Source: Desulfobaccales bacterium | GTDB taxonomy: Bacteria > Desulfobacterota > Desulfobaccia > Desulfobaccales > 0-14-0-80-60-11 | Assembly (NCBI GenBank): GCA_049585595.1 | Contig: JBAVAG010000013.1 | Coordinates: 23,643 to 87,642, forward strand | Reading direction: 5' to 3' | DNA: 64,000 nucleotides | In this document: positions 36,214 to 45,610 of the stretch, piece after piece | Position numbering within the stretch: the stretch's first letter is position 1 | Layout: each line of letters begins with the position of its first letter | The notes under the pieces: generated by a model | The model's input: the letters and a program-made list of their open reading frames with translations, nothing else | Told to the model about the DNA's origin: nothing | The model's database searches: none | Translations under genes and position numbers: made by a program

Positions 36214-38913
36214 TTACTTGGGAAGCGGTCCTTGAGAAACCTGCACCAGATCGGCCGGTCTCACCCACTTGGCAAAAGCCGCCTGGACCTGTCCGGCAGT
36301 CATCGCCACATAGCCTTTAGCGGCGGTAATGGGTTCATCAGGCGGCAAGTCAAGAATAGAGCGGCTGATCAACCCCCGGGCAATGCTCCCCAAACTCGAT
36401 TCAGACAGAGGGATTCTCCGCAGCAACATCAATTTTGCCTGTCGTAATTCGTCCGGATTTACCTCTTGGGACTGCATCTCAATTAAATTACGTTCCACAA
36501 TGTCATGGACCTTGGCAACGTTGTCCGGATCGCAGGCATACTCAACGGCATAGAGGGCGCGGGTCTGATTGGCGTCCAATCCCACATCCACAAAATATAC
36601 GAGACCGGTCTTTTCCCGCAACTGCTGGTAAAGCCGGGTAGCATAAAAACCGCCTCCCAGTACATGGTTGCCCAGCACCACGGCGTAATAATCGGGATTG
36701 GACCGTGTCAATCCCACGGTTTCTCCCAGGTTGACCTTAACCTGGACCCGGCTGGCATCGGGTACGGCCACAGTGGCGGCAGTATTGGGCGGCACCGGCG
36801 GCAACAGGATATTGGGTTTGGGGCCAGTTGCCTGCCATTTTCCAAAGTTGCGCTCGATCACCTCTTTGGCGTTCGCAGGGGTAACCTTGCCGATAACGAT
36901 GATAACGGTTTCGTCCGGTCGAAAGACTTTCGAAAAATAGTCTTTGACATTATCCAAGGTCAACCCGGAGACGGCAGCCGGGGTGGGCTGGCGCAAGGTC
37001 GGGTCGTCTTTTGGAAACAGAGCTATTTTGAAGGCCCGGCGCGCCAGATAATCGGGACTTTGGAGCCGGCCGGCAACGGTCGCGGCTACCTGAGAGCGAA
37101 CTATTTTGAAGGCGTCCTCCGGCAAAGCCGGATGGAGTTCATTATCCGCCAGGAGCTGCACCCCACGCTCGAAGTGGGCGGACAAGCCCTCTAGAGAAAA
37201 AGAGGTTCCGGTGGAGACTTGCGCCGCAATATCATCCAGGGCTTTCTGAAAGGCCAACCGGTTCAGGGTGGTGGTGCCGTATGAAAAAAGCTGGTCCAGT
37301 ACCGTGGCAATACCCTCCTGCCCTGGAGGGTCCTGTAAATCCGGCTGATTTTTAATATGGCCGTAAACGCTGATGGTGTTGCTGTTAGACTCGGGCTGAA
37401 CCATTAGCGTAATACCGTTGGGCAAGGTGCTCACCACCGGTTGGACGGTGGAATTTGGAATGGACAACCGCTCCAAATACTTCTTGGCCCAATCGGGCAG
37501 GGTAACGTTTTTGCCGGGCTGCAGATTGAAGGATTCTTTGCCGCCAAAGCCTTTCCCGGATATGGGTTGGCCGGAGGCCTGGGGAGTAAGGATGGCTACC
37601 ACCGCCTGATTGAGATCCAGGTATTGGCGGGCAACGCGATTAACGTCCTTCACCGTAACCGCGCTAATGGCCCGAATGTCGTCCGCGGGAGACTGCCGGC
37701 CTTCTACTGCCAGGGCTTCAGACCACGTATCCGCCAGCCCGGAAACGGAATTTTTTTCTTCCTCCAGTTGGGCCAACTCCAGGTTTTTGGAGGCCTCCAC
37801 CAGATCAGGGGCGATACCCTGGACAACGCTTCTGGTTAAGACGTCTTTGACCTCTTGCAGCAACTTCTGAGGATCTCCACCGTTGGGGAATGCGGCCGTC
37901 GCATAGGCCAGGCCTGCCTCGGGTAGCGTGGTCAATTCAAAGTCGGTACTTAAGGCCTGGCCCGCGGCCGCCAGTCCATAGAGGTCCGCCCGTTGACTTC
38001 CCAAGGCATCGGCCAGCACCTGGGAAGCGGCAAAATCGGGGCTGTTATAGCCGGGCATGCGAAAAGCGACCACAACCATCCCATAAGGCAGATCGGTGTT
38101 CAGCTCGATTGTTTCGGCTGCCACCGGCTGCAGATGAACCTCCGGCCGCGGGGGCAATTTCTTCTGGGGAATATCCCCGAATAAGTTTTTGACGCTGGTC
38201 AGGGTTTTTTCGGGGTCTACATCCCCGGTGATCACCAGGATGGCGTTATTGGGGGCATACCAGGTATTGTGAAACTTCTTGAGCATTTCCCCGGTGGTCA
38301 GGTCGAAGGAGGCCTTGGTGCCCAGGGCGTCGAGGGCATAAGGGGTTCCCTTGAACATGGTCGCCAGGAGTTTGATATAGAAGACATATTCTGGATTGGA
38401 TAGGTCCTGGGATACCTCCTGCTCGATGGCTCCCCGCTCCTGGTTCCAGAGTTCATCGCTGTCGAGAACATCCCGCATGCGAATGGCCTCGATATGCAAG
38501 GGCAGGTCCAGGTCCTCGGACGGGACGGTAAAAACGAACTGGGTGACCACCTGCTGGGTATCGGCTTCGAAATCCCCACCCGTGCCGGCACTGATGGCGG
38601 CCAGCTGGCCGGCTGAAAGCCCGGGACTGCCGCGAAACATCATGTGTTCCTGAGCGTGGGCCATTCCTGGGAAACCTTGCGGAGCTTCGTCTGATCCCAC
38701 CAGATAATTGACCATGGTCGTGGCCACGGGAGCGATGGGATCTTTGATAATGACCACGCGCAGGCCATTGCTCAATGTAGTCCGCAAAACGGCGCTGTGC
38801 TCTTCCCTGGGGCCACAGCCCGCTAAAGCCGCCAGCGAAAGGATCACGATCAATTTCCAGCCGATGTCCGCAAGCCGGCGCAGATCCGGTCGTTTTCCGA
38901 ATAACATGGTCAC
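36214..38913 (-). CDS. Tandem M16 (pitrilysin/insulinase) family zinc peptidase, probable lipoprotein
   Basis: 899 aa. Lipobox LAALAGC, inverted zinc motif HAQEHMMFRG (HxxEH), and two M16 units. Confidence 0.85.
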   Translation of the reverse strand: MTMLFGKRPDLRRLADIGWKLIVILSLAALAGCGPREEHSAVLRTTLSNGLRVVIIKDPIAPVATTMVNYLVGSDEAPQGFPGMAHAQEHMMFRGSPGLSAGQLAAISAGTGGDFEADTQQVVTQFVFTVPSEDLDLPLHIEAIRMRDVLDSDELWNQERGAIEQEVSQDLSNPEYVFYIKLLATMFKGTPYALDALGTKASFDLTTGEMLKKFHNTWYAPNNAILVITGDVDPEKTLTSVKNLFGDIPQKKLPPRPEVHLQPVAAETIELNTDLPYGMVVVAFRMPGYNSPDFAASQVLADALGSQRADLYGLAAAGQALSTDFELTTLPEAGLAYATAAFPNGGDPQKLLQEVKDVLTRSVVQGIAPDLVEASKNLELAQLEEEKNSVSGLADTWSEALAVEGRQSPADDIRAISAVTVKDVNRVARQYLDLNQAVVAILTPQASGQPISGKGFGGKESFNLQPGKNVTLPDWAKKYLERLSIPNSTVQPVVSTLPNGITLMVQPESNSNTISVYGHIKNQPDLQDPPGQEGIATVLDQLFSYGTTTLNRLAFQKALDDIAAQVSTGTSFSLEGLSAHFERGVQLLADNELHPALPEDAFKIVRSQVAATVAGRLQSPDYLARRAFKIALFPKDDPTLRQPTPAAVSGLTLDNVKDYFSKVFRPDETVIIVIGKVTPANAKEVIERNFGKWQATGPKPNILLPPVPPNTAATVAVPDASRVQVKVNLGETVGLTRSNPDYYAVVLGNHVLGGGFYATRLYQQLREKTGLVYFVDVGLDANQTRALYAVEYACDPDNVAKVHDIVERNLIEMQSQEVNPDELRQAKLMLLRRIPLSESSLGSIARGLISRSILDLPPDEPITAAKGYVAMTAGQVQAAFAKWVRPADLVQVSQGPLPK

Positions 38914-39419
38914 CCTATCCTTTTTTGGATGGTTAAATTGCAGGGGTTCCGGGATTGTTCTAATCGATTAGCTTATGAACATAATCACTTAAAAACTTCT
39001 TGTCTGGGGGGCGAAGGGAAAAAAGCCGGAAACTTTGGGTTCTGCCTCCCGTTCAGCGGCCTGGGCTCGGAAGCTAACCGCGCCTTCCCCTGATAAAACC
39101 CCAAACAGCCGAAAAATCGGCGGCAGGCCATAGTGATTTGAACGCCGCGGGGGCCCCCGCGGCAGCCCAGCCTAAGGTCAGGAGGCCATCGCCGCAAGAC
39201 GCCCCCGTTCATGTGAAACATATTGCAAGCATCTTTTTTCATTGCGGAATTTCCACTAAAGATGTATCCGGAAATAACCGGCGTCTGTGGGAAAAATGAA
39301 GCGGAGCGGCGATATCGCAGTTGGTCAGCAGATTTAGATGGTAGTGGTTCCGAGTTTAGTCGTCCTGGACGGCGAGGGTCAGTAACAGAGATCAAACCTA
39401 GGCAAAAAGGAGAAGGGCA

Positions 39420-40631
39420 ATGAAGAAAGGTCTAATGGCAGGGTTCCTGGTTCTGATACTGGCAAGCTCATGCAATCGTGGGGCTGACACCATCAAGATA
39501 GGCGGGATGCTGCCTTTGTCCGGCAGGGCGGCGGACCTGGGCATCACTTGTAAACAGGGTGCGGAACTGGCGGTTAAAGAAATTAACGACAAAGGGGGAG
39601 TGCTGGGCAAGAAGTTTGATCTCATGATGGCGGATAGCAAAGCCAACGTGCAGGAAATTGTTTCCCTTAGCAAGCGCTACGTTGAGAAAGACAATGTCAA
39701 TTTCCTTTTCGGGATAGTCAGTTCAGCGGGGTGTCTGGCCGCGGCCCAGGTCGCCAAACAGGAAAAAGTGATCTTCATGGACACGGTGGCGTCCACGGAT
39801 ACCCTCACCAAGGAAAAGTGGAACCGCTATACCTTCCGTTCCGGAACCTGCAATTCTCAAGAAGCCAATTCCCTGGCCCTTTATGCGGCTCAAGACAAGA
39901 CACTGACAAAATTCTACAACATCGGGCCCGACTATGAATACGGCCGGACGATGTGGGATCTTTTCAAGGCCAAGATTGCCCAGCAGAATCCCCAGGCCCA
40001 ATTCATCGGTGAACAGTGGCCCAAACTTTTTGCCGCCGATTATACGCCTTATATCAATGCCATTCTGGCCGCCAAACCCGAGGTGGTTTTCTGCTCCTTC
40101 TGGGGTGGGGACCTCGTGGCCTTTATCAAACAGGCAAAACCATACGGCCTCTTTGACAAGATGAAATGGGTTATCGCCACCGGAGGCGACATCACGGTGA
40201 CCAAAGCCCTGGGGAAGGATATGCCGCAGGGAATGATCGTGGACCAAAGGTATTATTTCTATTGGCCCGATACCTCGACCAATAAGGATTTTGTAAAGGC
40301 TTACCAGGCCGCCTACGGGGATTATCCCAGCGCCTGGGCGGCGGAAGGATATGACGGCATTTACTTTCTGGCCGAAGCCATCAAGAAGGCGGGCTCTTTG
40401 GATACCGACAAGGTTATCGCTGCCCTGGAAGGGCTGACCAGGGAGGCGCCGCGGGGGAAGGAATCGCTGCGCAAAGAAGATCATCAGCTCTATTGTGATT
40501 TCATGGTGGGCGAGACGACCTTTGTCAAAGAATATCCCTTCGCCATAACGGGAAAACAGCAAGTTTTTCCGGCAGACGAGATCCTGTACTCGATTGCAGA
40601 TTGGCAAAAGGCGCAAAGCGAAAACAAATAG
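39420..40631 (+). CDS. ABC transporter substrate-binding protein (LivK/branched-chain amino acid type, family 4)
   Basis: 403 aa with a lipoprotein-like signal (LASSC) and IKIGGMLPLSGRAADLG...AVKEINDKGGVLGKK. Confidence 0.85.
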   Translation: MKKGLMAGFLVLILASSCNRGADTIKIGGMLPLSGRAADLGITCKQGAELAVKEINDKGGVLGKKFDLMMADSKANVQEIVSLSKRYVEKDNVNFLFGIVSSAGCLAAAQVAKQEKVIFMDTVASTDTLTKEKWNRYTFRSGTCNSQEANSLALYAAQDKTLTKFYNIGPDYEYGRTMWDLFKAKIAQQNPQAQFIGEQWPKLFAADYTPYINAILAAKPEVVFCSFWGGDLVAFIKQAKPYGLFDKMKWVIATGGDITVTKALGKDMPQGMIVDQRYYFYWPDTSTNKDFVKAYQAAYGDYPSAWAAEGYDGIYFLAEAIKKAGSLDTDKVIAALEGLTREAPRGKESLRKEDHQLYCDFMVGETTFVKEYPFAITGKQQVFPADEILYSIADWQKAQSENK

Positions 40632-40684
40632 CCACTAGTGACTGAGCCCCGGTATCCGGGCTGGGCGCCGGAGATGAAGGAAGC

Positions 40685-42595
40685 ATGAGTCTTTCTTTCC
40701 TGACGGTCGAGGTCTTGAGCGCCTTGCGGCAGGCTGCCTTCCTGTTCCTCATATCCTCCGGGCTGACCCTCATCTTCGGGGTGCTCAATATCATCAACTT
40801 CGCCCACGGGGCGCTCTATATGCTGGGGGCCTACCTGGCATACGGCATCACCCTTTACCTGGTAGGCCCATCCGGTTTCTTCCTGGCCCTTTTGATGGCG
40901 CCCCTGGGCGTCGCGGCAGTGGCGGCCTTAATTGAAATAGGACTGCTGCGGCGAATCTATTTCCAGGAAGAGACCTATCAGCTCCTCCTCACCTTTGCCC
41001 TGGTGCTCATCATCGATGACCTGGTGAAGATCATCTTCGGCGGCGAGTATAAATCTATCCCCAAGCCCGATTTTCTTTCGGGGTCCTTCGTCCTCTTCGG
41101 CGGCACGGTCCCAGTCTATACCGCCCTGGTGGTGCTGGTGGCGCCAGTGGTCGCGGCTGGTATGTGGTACCTGCTATACCGGACCAAGACGGGAAAGGTG
41201 GTCCGGGCCACGTCTTCAGACCGGGAGATGGCTGATGCCCTCGGCATCAATATGTCGGCGCTATTCACCCTGGTATTCGCTTTTGGCGCCATGCTGGCAG
41301 GTTTTGCCGGCGCCCTGGCCGGCCCGGTGCGCACCGTCTTCCCGGGTTTAGGCGCCGAAGTTATCATTGAATCTTTTGTGGTAGTGGTGATCGGCGGACT
41401 GGGGAGCCTCTGGGGGGCGCTGGTCGCCTCACTGCTCATCGGCACCCTGGAGACGGTGGGCATCGTCGTCTTCCCGGCGTTCGAGATGGCTTTCATCTAC
41501 CTGCTGATGGTGTTGGTGCTGATAGTGAGGCCCTGGGGACTCTTCGGGAAGCCGGTCAAGATCAAATCCCTGTCCGAGAAGAACCTGAGCCTGGAGGCCC
41601 AGGAAATCTCACCGGTGCATTTTTCCGTCCACTATTTGCTGCGGTTGCTCCCGCTGTTTGTCCTGCTGGTTCTGCCGCTTTTTATCGGGCGCTATTACCA
41701 GTATCTCTTGACGCAGATTTTTGTGGCAGGGCTTATGGCCATTGCCTTCAACCTCCTGCTGGGGACTACCGGATTGCTTTCCTTCGGCCAGGCCGCCTTC
41801 TTCGGCGTCGGGGCCTACACGGTGGGACTGCTACTGACCAAGACAGCAGTAGGCACCCTTGCGACCCTGCCCCTGGCGCTGGTTACGTCCGCAGGGGCGG
41901 CCGCCGTCATCGGTTTTTTCTGCGTCCGCCTTTCCGGGATCCATTTTGCCATGCTCACCCTGGCCTTCGGGCAGCTCATCTATACCGTGGCCTTCAAGTG
42001 GTACAGCGTCACGGGAGGAGACAACGGCATCCAGGGAATCCCGGTGCGGGCCATCTCCCTGGGGAATTTTAGCTTGGACATCTCCTCCACCATGAACATG
42101 TACTATTTTGTCCTCGTGGTGGCGGCCCTGGCTGTGGCCTTTTTGAACAGGGTGCGCTCTTCTCCGTTTGGGGCGACCCTGAAGGCCATCCGGGAGAACG
42201 GCCAGCGGGCTTCCTACCTGGGCATCAACGTCCAACTCTACCAGTGGACGGCCTTTGTTTTGGTTGGGGCCTTCACGGGATTGGCCGGGGCACTCTATGC
42301 CCTCATGGATAAATCGATTTCTCCTGAGATCATCCATTGGACCAAGTCGGCAGAACCGGTATTGATGACCATTATGGGGGGAATTTATTCTTTTGTGGGG
42401 CCGGCCCTAGGAGCGGCTATTTTCATCATTCTGAATTCCTACATTGTGGCCTGGACCGAAAACTGGTCTTTGGTCCTGGGGCTGGTCCTGCTGATCATGG
42501 TGCTCGCCCTGCCTGGCGGGGCGGTTGGCTATTTCAACGAAAAGGCGCGTAATTTGCTGGTGAGGATCGGATGGCTGCGAACCTGGGATTTTTAG
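40685..42595 (+). CDS. Fused LivH-LivM type ABC permease
   Basis: 636 aa. The N-terminal half is LivH-like (INFAHGALYMLGAY) and the C-terminal half is LivM-like (LLSFGQAAFFGVGAY). Confidence 0.85.
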   Translation: MSLSFLTVEVLSALRQAAFLFLISSGLTLIFGVLNIINFAHGALYMLGAYLAYGITLYLVGPSGFFLALLMAPLGVAAVAALIEIGLLRRIYFQEETYQLLLTFALVLIIDDLVKIIFGGEYKSIPKPDFLSGSFVLFGGTVPVYTALVVLVAPVVAAGMWYLLYRTKTGKVVRATSSDREMADALGINMSALFTLVFAFGAMLAGFAGALAGPVRTVFPGLGAEVIIESFVVVVIGGLGSLWGALVASLLIGTLETVGIVVFPAFEMAFIYLLMVLVLIVRPWGLFGKPVKIKSLSEKNLSLEAQEISPVHFSVHYLLRLLPLFVLLVLPLFIGRYYQYLLTQIFVAGLMAIAFNLLLGTTGLLSFGQAAFFGVGAYTVGLLLTKTAVGTLATLPLALVTSAGAAAVIGFFCVRLSGIHFAMLTLAFGQLIYTVAFKWYSVTGGDNGIQGIPVRAISLGNFSLDISSTMNMYYFVLVVAALAVAFLNRVRSSPFGATLKAIRENGQRASYLGINVQLYQWTAFVLVGAFTGLAGALYALMDKSISPEIIHWTKSAEPVLMTIMGGIYSFVGPALGAAIFIILNSYIVAWTENWSLVLGLVLLIMVLALPGGAVGYFNEKARNLLVRIGWLRTWDF

Positions 42596-43338
42596 AGGTC
42601 CAGGGGGTCACGAAGGACTTCGGAGGTCTCAGGGCGCTCCGGGAGGTAAATCTCTCGGTAGCTAAAGGTGAGATTTACGCAGTCATCGGGCCGAATGGGG
42701 CCGGAAAATCGACCCTGTTCAATGTGATGACCGGGCTGCTGCAACCGGACGCAGGGGAAGTGCTCTTCGACGGTGAACGGATTTCGGGGCTGCCTCCCTA
42801 CCGGATCATCCGCAAGGGGGTCGGCCGTTCCTTTCAAATCACCAATATCTTCCCCCGCATGTCCGTGTTTGAAAATCTGCAAGTGGCCTTATTTGCTCAT
42901 TATGGAAAATCTTCCCGGCATTTCGCTTTGGCCCGGAAATTTCCGGCCATCGCGGAGGAAGCGCTGGAAATAATCGAGCAGGTGGGGCTCAGAGAAAAAC
43001 GGGCCTCGTCAGCCTCGGTCCTTTCCCACGGCGATCAAAAGCGGCTGGAGATAGCCATATCCATAGCCTCCCGCCCGCGGCTCCTGTTGCTGGATGAGCC
43101 CACCGCCGGGATGTCGAGATATGAAAGCCGCGAGACGGTGGGCCTTCTCAAAAAGATCTCCATTGAACAGGGGTTGACTTTGGTTTTCACCGAACATGAT
43201 ATGGACATCGTCTTCGGCATCTCTGAAGAGATCACCGTGCTGCATCAAGGAACAGTGATAGCCGCCGGCACTGCTCTCGAAATCAAGGCAAACAGCGAAG
43301 TGCGTAAGGCATACCTGGGCGACGAGCTGATGAGATAG
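42571..43338 (+). CDS. ABC transporter ATP-binding protein (LivG-like)
   Basis: Walker A GPNGAGKST, signature LSHGDQKRLE, Walker B LLLLDEP. Confidence 0.9.
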   Translation: MAANLGFLEVQGVTKDFGGLRALREVNLSVAKGEIYAVIGPNGAGKSTLFNVMTGLLQPDAGEVLFDGERISGLPPYRIIRKGVGRSFQITNIFPRMSVFENLQVALFAHYGKSSRHFALARKFPAIAEEALEIIEQVGLREKRASSASVLSHGDQKRLEIAISIASRPRLLLLDEPTAGMSRYESRETVGLLKKISIEQGLTLVFTEHDMDIVFGISEEITVLHQGTVIAAGTALEIKANSEVRKAYLGDELMR

Positions 43339-43357
43339 CTGCCTGGGAGGAGATGTC

Positions 43358-44065
43358 GTGGCCTTTTTGGAATTACACTCTATCAACACCTACTATGGGC
43401 GTAGCCACATCTTGTTCGATGTGTCGCTCTCCATCGAGAAAGGGGAGGTGGCCAGCTTGATCGGGCGCAACGGGGCTGGGAAAAGCACCACTTTCCGATC
43501 GATCATCGGGCTGACCCCTCCTCAGACAGGTGAAATCATTTTTAACGGGGTCCGGGTAAACGGATTGAGGGCCTACCAGATCTGCCGGAGGGGGATTGGC
43601 TTTGTCCCCGAAGACCGGCGCGTCTTCCCTGATTTAACCGTGCGGGAAAACCTGGAAGTGGCGGCCAGACGGGAGCAGGAAGCCCCCTCGCCCTGGACTG
43701 TGCAGAAGGTTTACTCCTTTTTCCCGCGTCTTAAGGAACGGGAAAAAAATCTGGGTTCCCAGCTCTCGGGAGGTGAGCAACAAATGCTCACCATCGCCCG
43801 GACCCTCATGACCAATCCGGAACTCCTTTTACTGGACGAGCCTTCGGAGGGGCTGGCGCCTCTGATCGTTAGCCTGCTGGCCGACATGATCCTCGAAATC
43901 CGCAAAGAAGGGGTTACCGTCGTTTTGGCGGAACAGAATCTCCACTTTTGCGCCAAGGTATCTCAACGGGTTTATGTGATAGATAAAGGCTCACTGAAGT
44001 TTGAAGGGGAGATGGCGGATCTGTTGGCCAACGAGGAGATCAAGGGAAAATACCTGGCCGTCTGA
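43358..44065 (+). CDS. ABC transporter ATP-binding protein (LivF-like)
   Basis: Walker A GRNGAGKST, signature LSGGEQQML, Walker B LLLLDEP. Confidence 0.9.
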   Translation: MAFLELHSINTYYGRSHILFDVSLSIEKGEVASLIGRNGAGKSTTFRSIIGLTPPQTGEIIFNGVRVNGLRAYQICRRGIGFVPEDRRVFPDLTVRENLEVAARREQEAPSPWTVQKVYSFFPRLKEREKNLGSQLSGGEQQMLTIARTLMTNPELLLLDEPSEGLAPLIVSLLADMILEIRKEGVTVVLAEQNLHFCAKVSQRVYVIDKGSLKFEGEMADLLANEEIKGKYLAV

Positions 44066-44081
44066 AAAGAGGACGATCTAG

Positions 44082-45419
44082 ATGGAAGATCAAAGCTATC
44101 TCGAATGGACCAATGAATTGTTCTCGGTGAGTAAGATTTTCGGCAAACCGGAAGCGTTGAAAGGCGTGCGAGTCCTGGAATTATGCACCCGGGTGTTTGG
44201 GCCGGTGACCACGGATCTGTTGGCCGACTTTGGGGCGGAGGTCATCAAGATCGAGCTGCCGGGGATGGGTGACCTCATGCGCTACGTGGCGCCGAGAGGC
44301 TTTTACTGGCAAAATATCTCTCCGGCTTTCACCCATATGAACCACAATAAGTATCACGTGGCCATCGATATCCGGACCTCCGATGGGAGCGATTTGCTCC
44401 GGGCCATGGTGGCCAAATCCGATGTCCTGGTGGAAAATTTCCGCGCCGGCTCCATGGACCGCTGGGGAGTCGGTTACCGGCAACTCAGCCAAGTCAACCC
44501 GGCTCTCATTTACCAGGCCAACAGTGGTTTTGGCCAGTGGAGCAGGTTCAAGGACCGACCCTCCTATGACGCCACCTCCCAGGCCATGAGCGGCTTTTCG
44601 GCCATCACCGGGTTTCCGGGCAGAACTCCCCTCAAAACCGGTATCTGGATCGGCGATTGCACCGGGGCTCTCTTTGCCGCCATTGGCATCCTGGCCGCGC
44701 TCCACCATCGCCAGAAGACCGGCCGGGGACAAATCCTGGACGTTTCCCAGGCTGAGGGGTTGATCCGCATTCTCGACTGGACCTGGCTATATCAAACCCA
44801 AACCCAAAAAGAGCGCGGCCTTTATGGCAATCGCGATATTTCCTGTTCTCCCTCAGGTATTTTTCGCTGCCAGGATGGCTTTGTCGCCATCGCCGCCCTT
44901 GATGATGAGCAGTTTACAGGGCTTTGCCGTGCGGTGGACCGGATGGAACTGGCGGCGGACCCGCGGTTCCATACGGTAGCTGCCCGCCTCGTGGAAGAAA
45001 ATAATGCAGCCCTCTATAAGACGGTGGCAGATTGGGCTGTATTATAGAAGGGCGGGGAGATCGAACATTTGGCAGGAATCCATGGGTTCGCGGCTCACCG
45101 GGTGGTCAATGCCCGGGATCACTACCATGACGAACACCTACGCCAGCGGGGAGCGGTTTGCGAGTTTGAAGATCCCCTCTATGGCAAGGTGGTGGAATAT
45201 GGCCCGGGCCCAAAACTCTCGGAAAGCCCGGGACGCATGAGATGGATTGCCAAACCGGTAGGGTTTCACAATTCCCATGTCTTTCGCACCCTGCTCAATC
45301 TCACCGAAGAACGGATGAAGCAACTGCTGGAAAAACGGGTTATCGGCGCCTGGGCGGATCGCACCGGCGCCAAGCCCCCGGACCATTGGAATGGCCGGGA
45401 TGGGGTCATCGACTCCTGA
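44082..45419 (+). pseudogene. Family III CoA-transferase (CaiB/BaiF-like) interrupted by one in-frame TAG
   Basis: Track ORFs 44082-45047 (321 aa) and 45069-45419 (116 aa) share a frame, separated only by the TAG at 45045-45047 (..ADWAVL*KGGEIEHLAGIHGF..). Together they align end to end with the intact paralog at 45611-46945. Confidence 0.75.
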
Positions 45420-45442
45420 GGCCCGAACAGAAAATTGAGATA

Positions 45443-45530
45443 CCCCCCCTACCTGAGAGGGGAGGGGTTGGGGGGATTTAATATAACATCTTGAAATCCC
45501 CCTAAATCCCCCTTTTTCAAAGGGGGACTT
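45443..45530. repeat. REP-like element with C-run/G-run hairpins (TCCCCCTTT-ttc-AAAGGGGGA)
   Basis: cccccctacctgagaggggaggggttgggggg ... atccccctttttcaaagggggac, lying between the two CoA-transferase genes. Confidence 0.7.
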
Positions 45531-45610
45531 AACCATGCAAAATCTAGCGTTCTAGTCCTGATATTAAGTTCAGATAGATATAGAACGCTCCGATAGGAAG
45601 GGACGCCGCT

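Noticed and set aside
38914-39419. 505-bp untranslated region upstream of the liv-type operon, examined for known RNAs (6S, SRP, RNase P, tmRNA, common riboswitches).
   Set aside because: I could not match any conserved core motif by eye. Only local hairpins were found (GCCGCGGGGG/CCCCCGCGGC, CCGG-aaataa-CCGG). This needs an Rfam scan before any call.
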